A program made the translations under genes and the position numbers. Positions 57,461 to 64,000 of a stretch of DNA of 64,000 bases are shown here, piece by piece. Origin of the DNA: Niabella yanshanensis. GTDB taxonomy: Bacteria > Bacteroidota > Bacteroidia > Chitinophagales > Chitinophagaceae. The notes beneath the pieces were generated by a model. It worked only from the letters and a program-made list of their open reading frames with translations. It was not told where the DNA came from and searched no databases. The stretch lies in assembly GCA_040393015.1 (NCBI GenBank), contig JBEBUZ010000008.1, positions 472 through 64,471 on the forward strand, given 5' to 3'. Within the stretch, counting starts at the first letter, position 1. The number at the start of each line of letters is the position of its first letter.

Positions 57461-58279
57461 ATGAAACACAGGATCTTTATTTTATTTTTTTGTTTTTACT
57501 CCGTTTTATTTTCTGCCCGGGCTTCTAAAGTCGATACTGTAGTAACTTACAGTAATGCCATGAAAAAAGAGATTAAAGCGGTAATTGTAACGCCCGACAG
57601 TTATTCCAAAGCCAAAAATTACCCGGTTGTCTATCTCCTGCATGGTTATAGCGGTAACTATGCGGGCTGGGTAAAATCTAAAACTGTTTTGGAATCGGCC
57701 GACCGGTATGATCAGATCATTGTGTGTGCCGATGGTGGCTATGGAAGCTGGTATTGGGATAGTCCGGTAGATCCTGCATTTAAGTATGAGACCTATGTAT
57801 CCAAAGAATTGGTTGCCTGGGTGGATAATCGTTACTCGACAATTAAAGAGGCCGGTGGCCGTGCCATTGCAGGACTGAGTATGGGCGGGCACGGGGCTTT
57901 GTTCCTTGCCATCAAACATCCCGATATTTTTGGCGCTACCGGCAGCATGAGTGGAGGGGTAGATATCCGGCCCTTTCCTCACAACTGGGATCTGGCAAAG
58001 CGGTTGGGAAAATACCCCGAAAACCCCGATAACTGGGAGAAAAACACGATCATCAATATGCTCCACCTTATTCAGCCCAAAACCCTGAGTATAATTATCG
58101 ACTGCGGAACCGAAGATTTCTTTTTTAAGGTCAATGAAGCATTGCACCAGCAAATGTTATATCGTAATATACAGCACGATTATATTGTTCGTCCGGGTGC
58201 ACATAACTGGGCCTATTGGGAAAACGCAGTAGCCTATCAGCTACTTTTCTTTAAAGATTTTTTTGCGAAAAAGCGCTGA
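57461..58279 (+). CDS. esterase family protein (alpha/beta hydrolase, CE1/esterase D-like)
   Basis: Signal peptide, YPVVYLLHG, nucleophile elbow GLSMGGHGA, and C-terminal His region GAHNWAYW. Confidence 0.8.
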   Translation: MKHRIFILFFCFYSVLFSARASKVDTVVTYSNAMKKEIKAVIVTPDSYSKAKNYPVVYLLHGYSGNYAGWVKSKTVLESADRYDQIIVCADGGYGSWYWDSPVDPAFKYETYVSKELVAWVDNRYSTIKEAGGRAIAGLSMGGHGALFLAIKHPDIFGATGSMSGGVDIRPFPHNWDLAKRLGKYPENPDNWEKNTIINMLHLIQPKTLSIIIDCGTEDFFFKVNEALHQQMLYRNIQHDYIVRPGAHNWAYWENAVAYQLLFFKDFFAKKR

Positions 58280-58326
58280 TTTAGCGGGTTCTGGTTTTTC
58301 AATTGTCAACAACAAAATATAAACGG

Positions 58327-59109
58327 ATGAAGCAAGCTGCATTCGATCGGCTGGTAAGTATAATGGATGATCTGAGGGAAAAATGTCCCTGGGACAGGAA
58401 GCAAACTATTCATTCCCTTCGGCAAATGACATTGGAGGAAACCTATGAACTGACAGACGCGATACAGGACGAAGACTGGGATGCCATCAAAGAGGAGTTG
58501 GGAGACATGCTGCTCCATATTGTGTTTTACGCGAAAATTGCATCGGAGAAAAACCGGTTCAGTATTGAAGATGTGCTGAATGGCGTTTGCAATAAGCTTA
58601 TCAAGCGTCACCCCCATGTATATCCCCCCGAGAACACCGATGAGGGATTGCGGGAAGTGAAAACCGCTGATGATGTAAAACAAAATTGGGAAAAGATAAA
58701 ACTAAGTGAAGGGAAAAAATCGGTGTTGAGCGGAGTGCCGACGTCGCTGCCCAGTGTGATAAAATCCATGCGTTTGCAGGAAAAAGCCAGGCAGGTAGGA
58801 TTTGAATGGGAAAATAGGGAGGATGTATGGTTAAAAGTAGAAGAGGAGCTGAACGAATTGAAAAACGCAGTTGATGCAGGAAATAAGGATCAGCAGCAGG
58901 AAGAATTGGGAGACCTGATGTTTTCATTGGTAAATTACGCACGGTTTTTGCGGGTGGATGCTGACGCTGCACTCCAGGGTACCAATAAAAAATTTGTAGT
59001 CAGGTTCCTGAAAATGGAAGCCATAGCGGGAGCGGCCGGCAAAAGCCTGGCCGATATGTCTCTTTCAGAGATGGACGCTATCTGGAACAGAATAAAGGCC
59101 GAAAGGTAG
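58327..59109 (+). CDS. mazG: nucleoside triphosphate pyrophosphohydrolase MazG
   Basis: Tandem MazG EXXE motifs (LEETYELTDAI, EELGDMLLHI, EELNELKNA, EELGDLMFSL). ATG at 58327. Confidence 0.85.
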   Translation: MKQAAFDRLVSIMDDLREKCPWDRKQTIHSLRQMTLEETYELTDAIQDEDWDAIKEELGDMLLHIVFYAKIASEKNRFSIEDVLNGVCNKLIKRHPHVYPPENTDEGLREVKTADDVKQNWEKIKLSEGKKSVLSGVPTSLPSVIKSMRLQEKARQVGFEWENREDVWLKVEEELNELKNAVDAGNKDQQQEELGDLMFSLVNYARFLRVDADAALQGTNKKFVVRFLKMEAIAGAAGKSLADMSLSEMDAIWNRIKAER

Positions 59110-59110
59110 T

Positions 59111-62100
59111 ATGAGCAAAATATACGGAAATAAAAATTTTGGAGGAATTGCCATACTGGTTTGCTCTTCCGTTTTATTTATCGCTTCCTTTATCCTGAGG
59201 CCACTTTCCGTTAATGATACATCTTTGAAACACAGGGTCAGGGAACTACAAAAATCTGTTCAGCAGTTCGAAGCGGATATTGAAACCCTGGTTCGCGATA
59301 CAGCTTTAATCAACCGGCTTTCTTCCTCCCAAATAGAAGAGAGCCGCCGGGATCTTGAATTCCTGTATCAAAAGCCCTACGGCTTTTTTCTTTATAAAAA
59401 ATCGGGAAATTCTCAGTTTTTGAGATTCTGGAACACTGCGCTGCTCATCGTTCCTGATAGTGTCCTGAAGGAAGTAAATGACGAAAAGTTCGAAACCCTT
59501 GCTAACGGATATTATTATATAAAAAAGATAAACACCGGCAACAACCCTCGCATAAGTATTTACTGCACTGTACTCATACAGTCGGAGTTTATTGTTGCTT
59601 CCGACTTTTTGAAAAAATCTTTTCCTTTAAATACGGCCTTGGATAATAAGGTCGAGATAAGTGATGAGCCAACACCTTTCTTTGTGAAATCTGCTTCAGG
59701 AAAAACCACTATTTATTTAAAAAGAATTCCCGGGGTAAAAGCGGCTAATGATAGCGTAGCTTTTGTTATTATCCGATTGGTCAGCTTCTTTCTCATCTTT
59801 TTGTCGTTATACATTCTGCTTTTAAAACCTGCGGTCAGTCGGTACAAATACGCGGATATACTATTGTTTCTGGCTTGTATGTTTGTGTTTCGTACGCTTC
59901 TATACCTAAATGCAGATGCATTCCGGTTGGATAGTCTTGATTTGTTCAATCCCGAACTTTATCATGCCAGTGTTTTTTTACCCAGCCTGGGCGATCTTTT
60001 GATAAACAGCCTGCTTTTTTGCTGGATAGGGATCTTTATCTGGAACCGTATCCATCCTTCCGATAAAACACGCTTTTATGCCACCGAAGGTCGGAGACTG
60101 GTGGTTGGAGGCGGCGGGATCTTCTTCCTGTTGTTGTTAACCTATTTTACTGTAAATGTTATCCGGAGTATTATTTCTAACTCACAGGTTTCATTCGATG
60201 TGACCAATTTCTTTAGCTTAAGTGCGTACACCGCTGTCGGATTTATTATTTTGGCATTTATTTCGCTGGGTTTTCATTTTTTTACCCGCATCATATACCA
60301 CTATTTGTTTCCTGCCTTCAGTGCGCGGGTTTATCTGATTTACCTGATTATCTCGGTGGCAGGTTTGTCATTCATAGCCTTCAGTGGTACTGCGTCGGTA
60401 AATGTGTATCTGTTATGCCTCGTGTGGTTACTGTTTTATACCTTTCTTTTTAACAATGAAGCGGCCATTGATAAGCTCATACGGTTTAATATATCGGGAA
60501 TTGTGGTATGGATTTTTATCTTTTCTATCAGTATTTCCCTGCTCATGCTGGCCGAAATAGATAAGGCCGAACTCCGGCAAAGACGGACTTATGTTGAGAA
60601 GTTAGATACCAAAAGTGATCCTGCTTCTGAGCGCCTGATTACGATGGCCAATACCTACCTGGATAATGATTTTTTTCTTGATAACTTTCATAGGCTTTAT
60701 CATCCCGACGAGAATAGACTTTTGCGGGATAGTATCCTTTCCAACAACTATTCAAGATATATCAAAGATTATACGGCCAGCCTGTTGTTTTTCGACAGTA
60801 CGAATGCACCGTTGTTTAATCCCCGCGATCTGAGCTATGAAACAGTCAATGCGATTATCCTCAGACAATCGAGTCCCACCGGTAAATCAGACTTATATTT
60901 TTACGAACCGTCTTATGATAAGTTCGCTTACATAACCTACCGGCGAATAAAAGACGAAACCGGAAACCTGGTGGGAACGGTTTGTATTATCTCACAACCT
61001 AAAAAATTTTCACCGGTCAATATCAGTCCGGAACTTTTCAGACAATATAGTAATTGGGAGTTTTCAAATTCCCTGGTGTATAATTATGCCATCTACTCCA
61101 ATAAATTACTGGTAGCCTCTTCAAAGAAGTATCCGTTTACTTCCACCCTGGTGCCCTCCCAGATCCCTAAATCGGCTTTTGAACTGCGGGACAATAACGG
61201 CTACAGTGAACTTTGGCATAATGCCGGTAACAACAAAGTCATTGTAATGACACGGAAAAGCGAACGTTTATTGGAAACCATAACTTTGTTTTCCTATATT
61301 TTCTGTGCTTTTCTTTTTCTCGTGGCTTTGATCCAGTTGGTATCCAACCTATTGAATTATATTTTAAGTAAGGGCGGTTTGAAAAAACGCCTGCTGATCT
61401 CCACCAGCATCAGAAGCCAGATCCATTATACTTTTATTCTGATCACCTTGTTATCCTTCATTGTTATTGGGGTGGCTACGATTTCTTTCTTTACCCAGCG
61501 GTTCGACGATTCCAATACCGATCACCTGGGTCGTACCATGAATATTATGCTCAACGAAATGCAATCCTATAACGATCTGGGAGCGTTGGTATTGGAACAA
61601 GGCGATTCGGCTAACCAAAAACGACTGGAAGATATTATCAAGCGGGTGGCAGATATACACGGAGTAGACGTGAATATCTATAATTTTAAAGGCAACCTGG
61701 CGGCAAGCAGTCAGCCCGTCATGTATCAAAAGGGCGTTTTAAGTAAGCAAATTGATCCCAGGGCCTACTACTATCTTTTCAAGCTCCGGCATATTGAGCA
61801 CACACAGAAGGAAAGAGTGTCGGATTTAAGATATACCAGTATGTATTCGCCTCTGCGAAATGCGGATGGTACTTTCTCGGCCTACATCAGCATACCGTAC
61901 TTTATCTCGGGTCAGGTGCTTAACGAAGAAATATCAAGATTCTTAGTAACCCTTATCAACCTCAACGCCTTTATATTTCTGATTACTGGTTTGGTGGCTT
62001 TACTTATTACGAACCGTATTACTCACTCTTTTGCACTGATAAGGGATAAGCTGATGGAAGTGAATCTTTCTAAGGAAAATGAGATGATTGTGTGGGACAG

Positions 62101-62860
62101 AAACGATGAAATAGGGGGGCTGGTGGCCGAATATAATAAAATGGTTTCTAAATTGCAGGTAAGCGCCGATGCGCTGGCTAAATCTGAGCGGCAGGAGGCC
62201 TGGCGCGAGATGGCAAGGCAGGTAGCGCATGAGATAAAAAACCCTCTTACCCCTATGAAGTTAAGTTTGCAATACCTGCAAAAGGCGATCAATGATAAGA
62301 GTCCCAACGTGCAGCAGCTTACCTATAATGTATCCAAAACATTGGTAGAACAAATAGATTATCTTTCAAAGATTGCGGCCGATTTTTCTCAGTTTGCCAA
62401 TATCAACCAGGTAAGCACCGAAATCTTCGATTTGCACGAGGTGATTGAGCCTTTGATTGTTATTTACAGCAAGAACCCCGATGCAGAAATATCCTGGAAA
62501 GCCCTGCCCGAGCCGATCCAGGTTTTTGCCGATCGTACACAAATGAATCGTGTGTTCACAAACCTCCTGAGTAATGCTATTGAAGCCGTAGAAAAAGGAC
62601 AATTCTGCAAAATAAATATCAACGAGAAATTGAGTGACGATGCAGTAATGGTTAGCATAACCGATAATGGCAGTGGTATAGGCGAGGAAATGAAAAAGAA
62701 AATTTTCACCCCCAACTTCACCACTAAAACATCGGGAACGGGTCTGGGGCTGGCCATGTGTAAATCCATTATCGAACAGGCGGGCGGCCAGATTTATTTT
62801 GAAACCCTGCCGGGAGAAGGAACTACCTTTTTCATAGTATTGCCGCTTGCCGATAAATAG
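59111..62860 (+). CDS. large multi-TM sensor histidine kinase (NtrY-like HAMP-HisKA-HATPase C-terminus)
   Basis: About 8-10 TM helices in the N-terminal 750 aa. H-box EAWREMARQVAHEIKNPLTPMKLSLQYL. ATPase boxes FTNLLSNAIEA, DNGSGI and GTGLGLAMCKSI. Confidence 0.85.
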   Translation: MSKIYGNKNFGGIAILVCSSVLFIASFILRPLSVNDTSLKHRVRELQKSVQQFEADIETLVRDTALINRLSSSQIEESRRDLEFLYQKPYGFFLYKKSGNSQFLRFWNTALLIVPDSVLKEVNDEKFETLANGYYYIKKINTGNNPRISIYCTVLIQSEFIVASDFLKKSFPLNTALDNKVEISDEPTPFFVKSASGKTTIYLKRIPGVKAANDSVAFVIIRLVSFFLIFLSLYILLLKPAVSRYKYADILLFLACMFVFRTLLYLNADAFRLDSLDLFNPELYHASVFLPSLGDLLINSLLFCWIGIFIWNRIHPSDKTRFYATEGRRLVVGGGGIFFLLLLTYFTVNVIRSIISNSQVSFDVTNFFSLSAYTAVGFIILAFISLGFHFFTRIIYHYLFPAFSARVYLIYLIISVAGLSFIAFSGTASVNVYLLCLVWLLFYTFLFNNEAAIDKLIRFNISGIVVWIFIFSISISLLMLAEIDKAELRQRRTYVEKLDTKSDPASERLITMANTYLDNDFFLDNFHRLYHPDENRLLRDSILSNNYSRYIKDYTASLLFFDSTNAPLFNPRDLSYETVNAIILRQSSPTGKSDLYFYEPSYDKFAYITYRRIKDETGNLVGTVCIISQPKKFSPVNISPELFRQYSNWEFSNSLVYNYAIYSNKLLVASSKKYPFTSTLVPSQIPKSAFELRDNNGYSELWHNAGNNKVIVMTRKSERLLETITLFSYIFCAFLFLVALIQLVSNLLNYILSKGGLKKRLLISTSIRSQIHYTFILITLLSFIVIGVATISFFTQRFDDSNTDHLGRTMNIMLNEMQSYNDLGALVLEQGDSANQKRLEDIIKRVADIHGVDVNIYNFKGNLAASSQPVMYQKGVLSKQIDPRAYYYLFKLRHIEHTQKERVSDLRYTSMYSPLRNADGTFSAYISIPYFISGQVLNEEISRFLVTLINLNAFIFLITGLVALLITNRITHSFALIRDKLMEVNLSKENEMIVWDRNDEIGGLVAEYNKMVSKLQVSADALAKSERQEAWREMARQVAHEIKNPLTPMKLSLQYLQKAINDKSPNVQQLTYNVSKTLVEQIDYLSKIAADFSQFANINQVSTEIFDLHEVIEPLIVIYSKNPDAEISWKALPEPIQVFADRTQMNRVFTNLLSNAIEAVEKGQFCKININEKLSDDAVMVSITDNGSGIGEEMKKKIFTPNFTTKTSGTGLGLAMCKSIIEQAGGQIYFETLPGEGTTFFIVLPLADK

Positions 62861-62872
62861 CACAATGAACGC

Positions 62873-63973
62873 CTATTCCGTGCGGCGGTAGGCCGTGGTA
62901 TACCTTCGCCATTTCTCGATCACTTCCCCGATATCGTCCGCCAGATCCGATTCAAAAAAAACACGTTCACCCGTTGCAGGGTGGTCAAAACCCAGTGTTT
63001 TGGCATGAAGGGCCTGCCTGGGGCAAATTTCAAAACAGTTGTCTACGAATTGTTTGTATTTGGCGTATACGGTTCCTTTAACGATTCTGTCGCCGCCATA
63101 AAAATCATCATTGAAAAGCGGATGACCGATATGTTTCATGTGCACCCGGATCTGGTGGGTTCGGCCGGTTTCCAATACACATTCAACAAGCGTTACATAC
63201 CCAAATCTTTCCAGTACCCGGTAATGGGTAATGGCTTCTTTCCCATGATCTCCCTCCGGATAGGCCTCGAATAGTTTTCGATAGCGGAGGTTACGACCCA
63301 CATGGGCTACGATGGTTCCTGTATCATCTTGTACATCGCCCCAAACCAGCGCAAAATATTTTCGGTCAACGGTATGATCGAAAAACTGTCGGGCCAGATG
63401 GCGCATAGCCAGTTCTGTTTTGGCCAGAACCAGTAATCCGCTCGTGTTTTTATCGATCCGGTGCACCATCCCAAACCGGGGAAGGGTGTGGGCATCAATA
63501 GCCGAATTTTGCTGCTGAAGATACCATGCCATTCCATTTAATAAAGTACCCGAATGATTGCCGCTGCCCGGATGTACCACCATGCCCGCCGCCTTGTTCA
63601 CAATAATAATATGGTCGTCTTCATAAAAAATATTCAGCGGAAGATTTTCGGGAACAATCTCATTTTCTTCCGGCGCCATATCCGTAAAAACAACAATTTC
63701 CTGATTGGCTTTTACCTTGAAATTGGGCTTTATTTCACTTCCGTTTACCAATACCATCTTGTTATGAATGGCTTGCTGAATTTTATTGCGGGTAGCCCCC
63801 TCAATACGATTCATCAAAAACTTGTCGATGCGGTAAGGCTCCTGCCCGGCGTCTGTTTTGAAAATGAATTTCTGATACAGTTCGTCATTGGAATCTGTAT
63901 TTTCCGAATTGTGGGTATGATCTGAATTATGCATGAGTTTTTGACAATTCCGCAAAGGTAAACTTTCAGACAA
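62873..63973 (-). CDS. rluD: RluA-family 23S rRNA pseudouridine synthase (RluD-like)
   Basis: S4-like N-terminus (YRIDKFLMNRIEGATRNKIQQAI) and catalytic motif HRIDKNTSGLLVLAK. The start is uncertain (TTG at 63973 or ATG at 63934). Confidence 0.8.
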   Translation of the reverse strand: MSESLPLRNCQKLMHNSDHTHNSENTDSNDELYQKFIFKTDAGQEPYRIDKFLMNRIEGATRNKIQQAIHNKMVLVNGSEIKPNFKVKANQEIVVFTDMAPEENEIVPENLPLNIFYEDDHIIIVNKAAGMVVHPGSGNHSGTLLNGMAWYLQQQNSAIDAHTLPRFGMVHRIDKNTSGLLVLAKTELAMRHLARQFFDHTVDRKYFALVWGDVQDDTGTIVAHVGRNLRYRKLFEAYPEGDHGKEAITHYRVLERFGYVTLVECVLETGRTHQIRVHMKHIGHPLFNDDFYGGDRIVKGTVYAKYKQFVDNCFEICPRQALHAKTLGFDHPATGERVFFESDLADDIGEVIEKWRRYTTAYRRTE

Positions 63974-64000
63974 TAGTTGGTACTTTTGCAGATAGTTTAT

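Overview
This 64-kb window is chromosomal and most likely comes from a Bacteroidota genome (Chitinophagia/Sphingobacteriia-like). That assignment is an inference from TAnnTTTG promoter-like boxes, many Cys-lipoproteins, a TonB-dependent receptor, and split rfaE and parE/parC-type genes.

Most of the window is housekeeping:
- Heptose-LPS core genes: rfaE1, rfaE2 and a GT9 heptosyltransferase.
- Topoisomerase IV: parE and parC.
- proBA, gcvP, trxB, folB, cdd, era, der, mazG, rnhA and an rluD-like gene.
- A FadB-like beta-oxidation enzyme.
- Two sensor kinases and one LuxR-type response regulator.

I recognised no transposase, integrase, CRISPR array or rRNA.

Three things stand out.

1. Two tRNA loci about 40 kb apart each carry a tandem partial pseudo-copy of the tRNA. 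They are tRNA-Gly(GCC) at about 14.4-14.6 kb and initiator-type tRNA-Met at about 54.1-54.4 kb. In both pseudo-copies, 10-11 nt in or next to the anticodon arm are replaced by the identical 14-nt palindrome TCCGCCGCGGCGGA.

2. The left 7 kb is a decaying accessory stretch:
- an esterase frameshifted in a G6 run;
- a DUF1016/YhcG nuclease gene with an in-frame TGA and embedded 19-nt palindromes that show compensatory changes;
- a BCCT transporter gene fused tail-to-tail to a truncated small Cys-motif gene.

3. A TonB-dependent receptor and lipoprotein operon is bracketed by two paralogous small Cys-motif genes.

There are also three toxin-antitoxin-like pairs: RES-Xre, PIN-DUF6364-like, and a tentative RelE/ParE-like pair.

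All family assignments come from motif recognition by eye. No database search was run.
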